A DNA stretch of 24,000 bases from Streptomyces hesseae (GCF_031845785.1 NZ_JAVRFI010000002.1:276388-300387), one strand, 5' to 3'. Shown: positions 7,619-17,090, numbered from the stretch's first letter. Numbers and translations are program-made. Notes: generated by a model not told the origin, from the letters alone.

Positions 7619-9091
7619 TCAAACCTGTCCGGCGCACGACCGTTGTCTCCTCCGTTCGTGTCGCCGACCGGTAAGCGTGAAAGCCATGGCAGCGGTGAGC
7701 AAACCCAGTAGGCAAAGAGCCGGTTGGGTACCCAGCGGCGTGCCGAGCGCGTCGCAGATCGATGCCCCGCAGCCGCGGGGAGGATGCCCAACCAGGGTGA
7801 GTGCGGCTCCTGCCACCGCCGGCCCCGTCGCGCCACCGAGCATGGCGAACGTTGTCGCCGTCGCCGCCGCTTGCGCGGTGCGGTGTGACGCGTGGTCGCG
7901 GCTGACGACGGTCATGGCAGAGCCGTTGGTCAGGCCCAGGCCGCATCCCACGAAGGCGCATGCGCCGCTGAGCAACCACAGGGGCGTGGGGTGCCGATGT
8001 CCACAGCCGCTGAGGAGCACACCGGCCGCGACGCACAGAAGCCCGGTACGCATGAGGCGTGAGCCGTCACACTGTTCACCGGTCCGCCGGGCGGCCAGGC
8101 GCGCGGTGAGAACGGCGGGGACCACGGCCGGCAGGGCGACGACCGCCGCCGAGAGCGGGCTCAGACCGTTTGCGCGGGTGAGAGTGAAGTAAGTGAGGAA
8201 CGTGAAGGCGGAGTTCGCGCCGAAGAGCGCCAGCAGGACGAGCAGCGCTCGGCGCGTGACGGCCTGCCGCAGCAACCCGGCGTCCAAAGTGCCCTGAGGG
8301 TCACGTCGCGTTCGGAGGGTGAGAAGACCGATCAGTGTGACGGTCAGCAGCGCGGTCGCCGCCTGTGCCGGTGCGGAAGCGGTGACCGCCGGAGCGGTCA
8401 GCGTGATCAGCGCGGTGATGGCGGCCGCGGTGCACAAGGTGATTCCGGCGATGTCCATGGGCTGCCGAGGCGACGTCGCCGAGGGTCCGGGTTCGCCGAG
8501 TGCGTGAAGGGCGCAGCCCGCACTGGCGGTCGCGAGAAGAGTGAGGGCGCCGAAGGCCGCCCGCCAGTCCACCAGGCTGGTGAGCAGACCGCCCAGTACC
8601 GGCCCGAGGCAGGAGGCCGCGGCGGCGGTGGAGACCCACCCCGCAACGGCATGCGGCTCGTTTCCCGTTCTCCGGCGCAGGGTGAGCAGAAGGGCGAGGC
8701 TGACGGGCGAGAGAGCGGCACCGCCGATGCCCTGGAGCAGTCGAGCGGCGATGAGGACGGCGGCGGTGGTGGCCGCGGTGGCCAGCAGGCTCGCGGCGGC
8801 GAAGGTGGACAGGGCGACGAGCAGGATACGGCGCGCACCGTACTGGTCGGCGAAGTGGCTCACCCCGAGTTGCAGAGGGCCACAGGTGAGTTGATATGCG
8901 GCGGCGAACCACTGGGTCTGGACGGGCTCCATCTCCAGGTCGGCCGCGACCGCGGGCACGGCCGCCGTGACCGAGGCGATGGCGAGCGCCCCGCAGAGCA
9001 GCGCCGCATAGCAGGCGATGGGGGCGAGGCGCGGTACGCGGCCGGGCGTCGCTGTCCAGGCCCGGCGGTCGTCCGGCAGTCCGGGGCTCAC
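7619..9091 (-). CDS. MFS transporter, drug:H+ antiporter type (about 14 TMS, DHA2-like)
   Basis: Hydrophobic throughout. MFS motif A-like FADQYGARRILLVAL and antiporter motif C-like LGPVLGGLL are present. The preferred start GTG 9091 overlaps the upstream stop as GTGA (9088-9091). The listed ATG 9121 is an alternative. Confidence 0.85.
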   Translation of the reverse strand: MSPGLPDDRRAWTATPGRVPRLAPIACYAALLCGALAIASVTAAVPAVAADLEMEPVQTQWFAAAYQLTCGPLQLGVSHFADQYGARRILLVALSTFAAASLLATAATTAAVLIAARLLQGIGGAALSPVSLALLLTLRRRTGNEPHAVAGWVSTAAAASCLGPVLGGLLTSLVDWRAAFGALTLLATASAGCALHALGEPGPSATSPRQPMDIAGITLCTAAAITALITLTAPAVTASAPAQAATALLTVTLIGLLTLRTRRDPQGTLDAGLLRQAVTRRALLVLLALFGANSAFTFLTYFTLTRANGLSPLSAAVVALPAVVPAVLTARLAARRTGEQCDGSRLMRTGLLCVAAGVLLSGCGHRHPTPLWLLSGACAFVGCGLGLTNGSAMTVVSRDHASHRTAQAAATATTFAMLGGATGPAVAGAALTLVGHPPRGCGASICDALGTPLGTQPALCLLGLLTAAMAFTLTGRRHERRRQRSCAGQV

Positions 9092-10503
9092 AGGTAGTGC
9101 CCGTCCGGTCCTACGATGCATGGCTGCCGCCAGGCCGCGGACCGAACGGTGACCATGGGGAACGTGATGCCGGGTGCTCGAGCGTCCGGTGTGCCACGGG
9201 CGGGGGTCAGGTGCACATGATGGCCTGTCCTGAGGGCCTCGAACAGCCTTCTGGGGGCGGTGGTCGCCGTGACCAGTAGTGGCACATCAGGGGCTGCCGC
9301 GCCGCTCCGGATGCGCGTGCCGCGCCGCGCGGCGTTCCCCGGCAGGCCGGCCAGGCGCGCGGCAAGACGTCGTCGCGGGAGGGGTGGGCTAAGGGCGGTG
9401 AGGACGGTGGCGCGCAGTGCGTGGCCCCAGGGCGAGGGCAGCGCGTTGAAGTGGAGCATGGCGGCGGTGAGCCGCATGACGTGGGCGGCGGAGCGACGTC
9501 GTTCCTCGGCGTAGGCGTCCAGCAGTACCCCGTGGTGAGGCTCGGTGACCGCTGCCGCGAGGCGCCACCCCAGGCTCATGGCGTCGGCCAGGCCGGTGTT
9601 GAGGCCCTGGCCGCCGGTGGGTGGGTGGACGTGGGCGGCGTCGCCCGCCAGTACGACGCGGTGACGCCGGTACCGGGCGGCGTGGCGGTGCTCGCAGCGA
9701 TAGCGGCTGAGCCACTCGATCTCGCGCAGCGCGAGCTCGCGGCCCGTGATCCGGCACAGCAGCTCCTGCACCCAGGCCGCGTCGCGGGCGTCGTTCTGTG
9801 TGTCGTAGGCCTCAAGGCGACGGTAGGGGTAGAGGACGACGCGCCAGCGTCCGTCGCCGAACGGCAGGAGCAGCACCATGCCGTCCGGCCCCCAGTGGCT
9901 CCACGGCTGTTGCGGCTCGAAGTCGAGCCGCGCGTCGACCGAGATGACGTCATAGGGGTGCACGGTGCGTGACGCGGCTATGCCCGACAGCCGGCGCACG
10001 GTACTCCGGGCGCCGTCGCACCCGGCGATGTAGGCAGCGCATATCCGCCGCACACGCCCCGAACTCCGGACGGTCAGCTCGGCACTTCCCTCGTGCTGCC
10101 GCATTCCGACGACTTCCGTCCCGCGCGCGATGAGTGCGCCGTTCTTGAGGGCGTACTCCTCCAACAGCGCTGTGGTCCGGTGCTGGGGCAGAGCGAGCGC
10201 ATACGGAAAGGAACTGTCCAGCGCGGAGAAAGGCGCGATTGACCTGTCAGAACCCAGGGGATAGTGCCAGTAGCGATGACCGTGGGCGACAAATGGCTCG
10301 GCGATTCCGCGCATGTCGAAAAATTCCAGGGTCCGGGAATGCAGCACAAGCGCACGTGTCGCTTGCGGCGGCCGGACATCCCGTTCGAGCACGACGCAGC
10401 CGATACCCCGAAGGCCCAGTTCCCCGGCCAACTGCAGACCGACGGGCCCGCCTCCGACCACGGCGACCTGAACCTCATCGGGCAAGGCCGCGACGTCGGT
10501 CAT
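9088..10503 (-). CDS. FAD-dependent aromatic-ring monooxygenase (class A flavoprotein hydroxylase, PheA/TfdB-like)
   Basis: Motifs: VAVVGGGPVGLQLAGELGLRGIGCVVLER (GxGxxG), GCDGARSTVRR, VLAGDAAHVHPPTGGQGLNTGLADAMSLGWRLA. ATG at 10503 with GAAGGA ~10 nt upstream. Confidence 0.9.
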   Translation of the reverse strand: MTDVAALPDEVQVAVVGGGPVGLQLAGELGLRGIGCVVLERDVRPPQATRALVLHSRTLEFFDMRGIAEPFVAHGHRYWHYPLGSDRSIAPFSALDSSFPYALALPQHRTTALLEEYALKNGALIARGTEVVGMRQHEGSAELTVRSSGRVRRICAAYIAGCDGARSTVRRLSGIAASRTVHPYDVISVDARLDFEPQQPWSHWGPDGMVLLLPFGDGRWRVVLYPYRRLEAYDTQNDARDAAWVQELLCRITGRELALREIEWLSRYRCEHRHAARYRRHRVVLAGDAAHVHPPTGGQGLNTGLADAMSLGWRLAAAVTEPHHGVLLDAYAEERRRSAAHVMRLTAAMLHFNALPSPWGHALRATVLTALSPPLPRRRLAARLAGLPGNAARRGTRIRSGAAAPDVPLLVTATTAPRRLFEALRTGHHVHLTPARGTPDARAPGITFPMVTVRSAAWRQPCIVGPDGHYL

Positions 10504-10709
10504 ACGGTGAATTCCTTCGTCCGTCCTCCCGTTGACCGGTCCAGGCTGACACCCTGCACCGTACGTGTCCAGACCGGCTTGGCCCGCCCGGCGAGATCAC
10601 GGCCCATAGGATTTTCATAATTACATGTGGCCCGTTGACCATCCGAGTGGCTCCTGCCAAGGTGACCGCGGCACGTTCGCGCACTCCTCGTCCAGCCGAA
10701 CGGAGAACG
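10504..10709. promoter_or_regulatory. Divergent intergenic control region between the monooxygenase and uricase-fold operons
   Basis: A 206-bp gap between divergent starts. CCGTTGACC occurs twice (10529-10537 and 10632-10640), and TTGACC resembles a -35 hexamer. The only AT-rich patch nearby is ATAGGATTTTCATAATTACATGT (10606-10628). No confident -10 element was identified. Confidence 0.4.
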
Positions 10710-11561
10710 ATGGGCCATTCCATCGGCGATCACGCGTACGGCGAATGCGGAATCGAATTCCTCCTCGTGGACCGGTCCGGGCCGCAGCAGCGGGTACGCC
10801 GGTTCCGGGCGGACGTCCGCCTGCTGATGGACCACCCCGAGGTCTACCGGGACGGTGACAACACCCGCCTGGTCCCGGTGAGTTCGATCAGCAACTCCGT
10901 ACTGGCCCTCGGTGCCCGGCACACGGCGTCGGAGCCCGAAACCTATGCGCTCGCGCTTGCCGAGCGCTTCCTCACCGCGACCACGCGCGTCCGGAGCGCC
11001 GATGTGCGCCTGACCGCCTCCGGGTTCACCCCGCTCCCGTCCGACCGGCCGGCGTCCGTGGCCCAGCACTTCTCCGCACTCCCCCGCCACCAGGATCACG
11101 CTCACCTCACGCTCCCGCGCCATGGCGAACCCGTCCTCCGCAGCGGCCTGTTGAACATGGAACTCTTCGCGACCGGCGGCGCGACGTTCACGGGCTTCGC
11201 CCGCGACGCCTACACCACCACGCAGACCTTCACCGACCGGGTCTTCGGTGCCCGGTTCAACGTGACCTGGCGGCACTCCGGAACGGACACCGATCACGGC
11301 CAGAGCCGTGCCCGCGCCGAACAGGCCGTCGTCGAGGCCTTCAGCGAGCACACCAGCCGCTCCAGTCAGCACACCTTCCACCACCTGGGCGCCGCCGTGC
11401 TGGACGCCTGCCCCGAAGTCGCGGAGGTCCGAGTGGAGGGGACCCACCTGACCCGCGGCCTGGTGGACCTGACCCCCTTCGGAGTCGGCAACGAAGGCTG
11501 CGTCTACACAGCGGCGGACCACCAGCAGAGCACCGTCACCGTCGACATTCACCGCATCTGA
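10710..11561 (+). CDS. Uricase-fold (T-fold, urate-oxidase-like) protein with non-canonical active-site residues
   Basis: Internal ATG 10710 of listed ORF 10635..11561, with GGAG 4 nt upstream. Collinear with uricases as I recall them: YGECGIEF vs YGKxxVR, GDNTRLVPVSSISNSV vs xDNSxxVATDSIKNT, GFARDAYTTTQTFTDRV vs GFLRDEYTTLxETxDRI, VDLTPFG...VYTAADH vs the C-terminal block. Confidence 0.75.
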   Translation: MGHSIGDHAYGECGIEFLLVDRSGPQQRVRRFRADVRLLMDHPEVYRDGDNTRLVPVSSISNSVLALGARHTASEPETYALALAERFLTATTRVRSADVRLTASGFTPLPSDRPASVAQHFSALPRHQDHAHLTLPRHGEPVLRSGLLNMELFATGGATFTGFARDAYTTTQTFTDRVFGARFNVTWRHSGTDTDHGQSRARAEQAVVEAFSEHTSRSSQHTFHHLGAAVLDACPEVAEVRVEGTHLTRGLVDLTPFGVGNEGCVYTAADHQQSTVTVDIHRI

Positions 11562-11588
11562 GAACGAGGGACCGAGGAAGGGGACCGC

Positions 11589-12194
11589 GTGAACACCACA
11601 GGATCGCGCAAAGCCCGCAGGCTCGCCGTGACGGTCACCGTCATGGCGGCGGCGCTCACGCCCACAACGCAGACGGCACATGCCGACGACCAGCCGGCCG
11701 GCTCTCTCCTGGTGTGCGCCGGCACCGTCGCCGCCTCCTACGCGCCGGGGCTGACCTTCGCGCCGAGAGCCACCTCCGTCACGTCCCGGGCGGTCGTCGG
11801 ATGCCCTCTCTCGACGGACGGCAGGTTCGCCTCCGCGACCTTCGGCGGAGACTCCGCCGGCATCTTGTCCTGCCTCCTGGGGCCCGCGAGCGGCACCCTT
11901 ACGTTCCACTGGGGCGACAACAAGGGAAGGGGGAAAGCATCCCCCCACCACCACGGCAGCCCCGGCGGCCCCGGCGACACGACGTCGACCGCCTCGATCC
12001 ATAGCCTGGCAGCCGTACGCCCGAACGGAAACATCGTCACCGTGAGCACGGGAACCATCACCGACGGCGCCTTCAAGGGGGCGGCAGTCGTCACCGAGGT
12101 GACCCTGCTCGCTTCCCGGCAAGCCGCCTGCCTGACCCCCCGGGGCCTCGCCTCCGCCTCCGGCCCCACCACCGTGACCATTACCCGGGTCTGA
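11589..12194 (+). CDS. Secreted four-cysteine protein of unknown function (paralogue of 7014..7556)
   Basis: GTG 11589 is preceded by GAGGAAGGGG. Signal peptide MNTTGSRKARRLAVTVTVMAAALTPTTQTAHA. It aligns with the 7014..7556 product (VCAG/SCAG, YAPGLT/FSPGLS, GCPLSTD/RCLSTD, G-FKG, ACLTPRG/KCASKDG, GPT/GPS). It carries an extra Gly/His-rich insert, NKGRGKASPHHHGSPGGPGD. Confidence 0.75.
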   Translation: MNTTGSRKARRLAVTVTVMAAALTPTTQTAHADDQPAGSLLVCAGTVAASYAPGLTFAPRATSVTSRAVVGCPLSTDGRFASATFGGDSAGILSCLLGPASGTLTFHWGDNKGRGKASPHHHGSPGGPGDTTSTASIHSLAAVRPNGNIVTVSTGTITDGAFKGAAVVTEVTLLASRQAACLTPRGLASASGPTTVTITRV

Positions 12195-12480
12195 GAAGAC
12201 GTCCGTCCTCGGTTTCGTCCCGGCCCACAACGCCACCACCAGGCATCATCCAGCGCAGAACGAGGCCGCCGGCCGTGGATTCGCTGCTACGTGGAACGCA
12301 GCCCCGCGTGGCGCCGAAGCCTGCGCAGTCTTCTTGCCGGGCCCGTGCGGAGTCCGCGCACCCTGTCTGGTCCGATTTTCGCGTCGGGCCAGGGCGGCAT
12401 CGTCAGCGAGTACGGCCACGGGGCACTGGTCAGCGTGATGGTGGCCGCGGGCTGACCCGGGTGGTGCCGCCCCCGTCCGT

Positions 12481-13275
12481 TCAGAACGCGGAGTTCGCGG
12501 ACCAGCGCGTCAGCAGGTCCGCGTCCCCGTCCACCCGGAGGGCGTCCCAGTCGTGGCCGAGGCGCCCGTACAGGAACAGCAGCAGGTCCGCGGCGGTTCC
12601 CTGGACGGACACGTCGGCGGCCGTGCGCGTGGCTTCCGAGTGCGGGCCCACCTCCACGGTGAAGCCGTCGGGGCCGAGACGGACGAGCCAGTCGCCGTCG
12701 CTGTCGGCGCACCGGAAGCGCAGGGTCTCTCCGGCACCGCGCAGCTCGGCCACCTTGGGGGCGAAGAACGCGGCGAAGGGCAGGTTGACGAGGAACTCGT
12801 CGACGCCGTCGGTGGCCAGGTCGGGGTCGATCACCGGGCGGAGGCCGAGGGCGCGTTCCGCGTCGGTGCGGTGGACCAGGGTCTCGAACAGCATCCGGCG
12901 GATCCAGAACCTGGCGTGCTGGTCGGCTCCCCAGGCCCACATCGGGGCGTCCGGGTCGAGCTCGGCGAAGACGCTCGCGGCCTCGGCGGCGCTGTCCGCC
13001 AGCCAGTCCGGGTAACCGTCCTCGCTCGCCGGGAGCCGCAGTTCCACCTCGCGGGTACGCGGCGGCTCCTGAACGCGTCGGCGCAGGAGCACGGAGAACC
13101 AGCGCTGCACGCTGCCGGTGTGCTTGACAAGGTCGGCGAGCGTCCAGCCCGGGCAGCCGGGCACCGGGGTGGCGAGGTCGGCGTCCTTGACCGCCGCGAC
13201 GAACGCGGCGGTCTCGGCGGCGACGGCCTCGCGGTGGACGGCGGGGGCGGACGCCCGGCCCGATCGGTTCGACAT
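12481..13275 (-). CDS. Maleylpyruvate-isomerase-family mycothiol-dependent enzyme (DinB-like N-terminal domain, TIGR03083 type)
   Basis: Typical family layout: PVPGCPGWTLADLVKHTGSVQRWF, FWIRRMLFETLVHRTDAE, DGVDEFL, and the C-terminal LLLFLYGRL...DGDADLLTRW. I preferred the internal ATG 13275 (MSNRSG...). The listed ATG 13350 is possible. Confidence 0.8.
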   Translation of the reverse strand: MSNRSGRASAPAVHREAVAAETAAFVAAVKDADLATPVPGCPGWTLADLVKHTGSVQRWFSVLLRRRVQEPPRTREVELRLPASEDGYPDWLADSAAEAASVFAELDPDAPMWAWGADQHARFWIRRMLFETLVHRTDAERALGLRPVIDPDLATDGVDEFLVNLPFAAFFAPKVAELRGAGETLRFRCADSDGDWLVRLGPDGFTVEVGPHSEATRTAADVSVQGTAADLLLFLYGRLGHDWDALRVDGDADLLTRWSANSAF

Positions 13276-13808
13276 GTGTGTTTCGCCGCGCTTCCTGCTG
13301 CTCCGGCCCGGCAGCCTTACCCGCGGGGCATCTCGGGGGCAGCCTGCCACAGCGGCTCCGCCGGCTCATGGGCGGGCCGGTCGGCGGGGGGCTGAGCCAT
13401 GCCTCGGCTCGGATCCGGCTCACGGAGGGAACGGGGTCCGACACCGCCGCATGGGGCACCTGCTGGACGGCTCGAAGCCGACGTACCACCCTCGCGCCGT
13501 TGGCCCGTATGGCGGAGCGCGTAAGCGCCCCAAGCATTGGAGCCTCCCTTGCGCGCCGGCATCCTCGCCCCACGGCAGGGCTAGCCGCTGGCCTGGTCGT
13601 ACCGCACCGCAAACACCGTCGACGGCAACTGCTGCCGGGCGGGAAGCGGCCCGGGAGCCTTTCTTCCGCTTGCGCACCCCGTCCCCAAGGGGGGGCGAGT
13701 TCCGGCCGGAGAGGGTGAATCGCGTGATGTGGGTGCCGCGCTTGTCCCATGCTGCCCAACACCCCGTTGGATCCAGCCCCGGCCCCTTGGAAGAACTGGA
13801 GTTCGCCG

Positions 13809-16015
13809 ATGCTCCCGCGCCCGTGCGCCCTGTTCGCCCTCGCTCTCCTCCTGGCCGTGGCCACCACCTCGTTCCAGCCGTCGGATGCCGCCCCACCGTG
13901 GCGGACGGCCTCCCTGAACTACGACTGCGACTGTGCCGACAACGGTTACGACGACGTGCTCGATCTACGGGGCGCCCCGACGGCAGCACTTCCCGGACAC
14001 GATAAGGACAACAACCCGATCAACGTCTTCGCCGACCGGGGGGCATGGCACGCCTACGCCCTGCCGACGGCCGACGCCGACGGCTACGGCGGATTCACCG
14101 GCCCCCTCTACATCGCGCAGGAGTACCCCTGGTGGCTCAGCACCTCCTTCAGCCGCATCCGGCTGAGCGAGGACGGCCGCGCGCTCGACCTTGCCGGCGG
14201 CGGACCGCCGCGCTTCATCTCCCGGCCCGGATCCCTGTTCCAGGCATACGACCTCGGCGGCGGCCTTCGGCTCACCCTTGAGCTTCGGTACGCCACGCAC
14301 CGCACCGCGCTGGTAGGGGCCGTGGTGCGCAACACCGGCCACATCCCACGCGTCCTCGGCGCCGCCTGGGCCGGAAGTCTGCTGCGGCCTGCCGAGGCAC
14401 CCATGAGACAGGCGCCGTCGCTGGCCGTCGCGCCCCGGGGCGTCGCCGTCGACTTCGCCAAGGTGCGCGCGGCAGACGACTTCCTCACCGACGGCACAGA
14501 ACGGTTCGAGGTCCGGCACCGGGACCCGGTGCGCACGACGGTGTCGGGAGACGGGAACTCCTACCGTACGGAACTGGCCGCGCCCTTCACCCTCGCTCCC
14601 GGCACGGCACGCTCCCTGGACTGGACCGAGAGCTACACCTTCACCGAGGCCGAGCGCACCGCGGAAGCCGGTGGGGTACGACGGGTGCTCGCCGACCCGG
14701 TGCGGACCGTCCGGGCGGCCGACACCCGCTGGCGCGGGTACGTCGACGGCGTGACCGCCGGGGTACCGGCCGGCCGGCGGCGGCTCGCCGTCAAGGCGCT
14801 GGAGACGCTGGTGACCAACTGGCGCAGCGCCGCCGGCAGCCTCGCGCACGACGGGATCACGCCGTCCCTCTCGTACAAGTGGTTCGCGGGTGGATTCTGG
14901 GCTTGGGACACCTGGAAGCAGGCGGTCGGCACGGCACGCTTCGACACGGGGCTCGCCGAGGCGCAGATCCGCTCGGTGCTCGACCACCAGATACGTCCCG
15001 GCTCCACGACCCGCCCGCAGGACGCGGGGATGATCCCGGACGCCGTCTTCTACAACGATCCACAGCGGGGCGGAACCAACTGGAACGAGCGGAACAGCAA
15101 GCCGCCGCTAGGCGCCTGGTCGGTGTGGCAGGTCTACGAGCGGAGCGGGAACAAGGACTTCCTGCGGGAGGTGTACCCGAAGCTGGCCGCGTACCAGGAG
15201 TGGTGGTATCGCAACCGGGACCACGACCACAACGGGCTCGCGGAGTACGGTGCGACCGTGGACCCTGCCAACGGCTCGCCCGGGGAACAGCGGCTGGCCG
15301 CGGCCTGGGAGAGCGGCATGGACAACGCACCCCGGTTCGACACCGCGCTGGGCACCACTACCGTGCCGAATCGGGACGGCTCGGGGCAGGTGATCGGCTA
15401 CTCGCTGACCCAGGAGTCCGTGGACCTCAATGCCTATCTCGCCGTCGACCAGGAGCATCTGGGCAGGATCGCCGCGGAGCTGGGGAAGCGGGCGGCCGCC
15501 GACGACTGGCAGGCCAAGACCGCCGCCACCGGCAGGGCCGTACGGGAAAGGATGTACGACCCGGCGACCGGCTGGTTCTACGACACCGCGCTCGGCTCCG
15601 GCACTCGGCTGACGGACCGGGGCAGGGGGATCGAGGGCGCGATCCCCCTGTGGGGTGGCGTCGCGACCCGGCGCAGGCCGCCGCTGTACGCGGACGGCTC
15701 CTGGATCCCACCGAGTTCGCCACCGAGATGCCCCTGCCGACGGTCTCCAAGAGCTCGCCGTACTTCGCCGCGCGGCAGTACTGGCGCGGCCCCGTCTGGC
15801 TCGACCAGGCGTACTTCGCGATCGCGGGGATGCGTGGTTACGGATTCGGCCGCGGCGCGGACGCACTGGCCACGAGACTGACCGAGAGAGCAACCGGTCT
15901 GACCGGCCACGGACCGATCATGGAGAACTACGACCCACTGAGCGGATCCGCCCTCAACTCGCCCAATTTCAGCTGGTCCGCGGCGCTGCTGTTGCCGCTG
16001 ATCGCGGGGCGATAG
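13809..16015 (+). pseudogene. Secreted GH63-like (YgjK / MGH1-type) glycoside hydrolase, interrupted by a 1-nt frameshift (or a sequencing error)
   Basis: ORFs 13749..15881 and 14879..16015 read as one protein. ...GIEGAIPLWGGVAT (frame 3) continues as PAQAAAVRGRLLDPTEFATEMPLPTV... (frame 2) if one C is added to the CCC run at 15667-15669. Signal peptide starts at ATG 13809 (MLPRPCALFALALLLAVA), with GGAG 7 nt upstream. Family motifs: FADRGAWHAY, WAWDTWKQA, NWNERNSKPPLGAW, AAWESGMDNAPRFD, YWRGPVWLDQAYF, ENYDPLSG, NFSWSAALLL. Confidence 0.7.
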
Positions 16016-17090
16016 CCCGGGACCTCGGCTCTCTCCGTGTCCCTTCACGGTTTCACGCCGCCGGCTTCGGGTGCGCAGGTGGCGCTGCCCGTGCCGACCG
16101 GGACGTACCCGGTCAGGAACGTCTCCCTCCGCCTCGCCGTCCGAGGCCGCCCCGACCCGTGGGGGACTCTTCCCACACGATCCAGACCCGGACCTCCCTC
16201 CGGCAGCGTGGGATCAAGGCCGTCATCCCCCGAGTCTTCCGACGGGACGCTGCTGTTGGAGCGCTACCCCGCCTTACTGATCGCCCGTGGGCCGGAAGCC
16301 GGCCAACCGGTCCCGGACTGACATCCTGCCCGAGCCGGACCTGTTCCTCCTCCACGTTCGAGTACCACGGCCCCGCCCCCTCCTACACCCCCGCGGCCAC
16401 CATCTCCGAGCCGGCCCGGCCACTGCCCGACGCAGGCTGGAAACACGCCCTCGACGGGTGCTGCATCACGTGGAAGGCTCCCGTCGCCCTTGCCGCCGGC
16501 GTACAGGTCGACGCCTTCGCCCCCAGCGGACCAATGGTCCTCTTCCCACCTGGGCGATCTGGGCAGCCACGCGGTCCACCAGCCGGGCTGGGCCCTCCGT
16601 CTGTCCACGAGCGCCCTGGCAGCCCTCCTACAAGACTCCACCTTCGAACTGGCTCATGGGCAAGGGCGCCGACCGCCCGCACCGCCGACGCGCTCAGCCG
16701 CACTGCCCCCGCCTGCTCCGGACAGCCGCAGGGCACACACCCGCTGGCGAACCCGAACAGAATCCGGCCGTACGGATCAAGAGGTCCTGTCATGCGCGTT
16801 GTGGCCAAGTCGGCGTCTCGAGCCTGCCGCGGCAGGCTCGCTGGATCTCCTACAGCCGGGTGACCGCCGACGAATGGGGCTCTTCATCCGGTCGGCAACG
16901 ACGACATCGACCGCGCCGTGGCGTTCCCGAACAACATCACATCTCCCCCGCCGGGCCGGATCAGATGCATGGCCAAATACCGCCTTGGTGGCAGGTTGGC
17001 CGGTTTCAAAACCGTGATGTTGCCGGGGAGTTAACACGGAGACATGATCACTGTTCGTATCAGCCTGATCACTCATCCAGGAGCCGAGAA

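Noticed and set aside
7557-8036. Upstream extension of the secreted-protein ORF to 340 aa (7014..8036)
   Set aside because: The extension is Arg/Pro/Gly-rich and overlaps the 3' end of the MFS gene on the same strand. The internal ATG 7556 gives a canonical signal peptide with an upstream purine-rich RBS.
10710-11561. Calling this gene a bona fide urate oxidase for purine catabolism
   Set aside because: The catalytic-position residues appear substituted and no other ureide-pathway genes are adjacent, so only the fold-level call is made.
13276-13808. 530-bp intergenic region examined for a riboswitch, sRNA or gene relic
   Set aside because: Only short, unremarkable GC hairpins are present, with no motif I can name. 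This would need covariance-model searches.
10500-13867. Minus-strand ORFs of 579 aa (10500..12239) and 526 aa (12287..13867)
   Set aside because: They lie antisense to, or overlap, the uricase-fold, secreted-protein and MDMPI genes. Their Gly/Arg/Pro-rich composition has no recognisable domains.
15660-15675. Programmed ribosomal frameshift in the glycosidase
   Set aside because: There is no slippery heptamer or downstream structure. A one-base loss in a C-run, or a sequencing error, is the simpler explanation.
15655-17090. ORFs 15655..16863 (402 aa), 16490..17017 and the first 268 codons of 16287..17303
   Set aside because: These are mutually overlapping low-complexity translations. Only the last 70 codons of 16287..17303 have a proper RBS and signal peptide.
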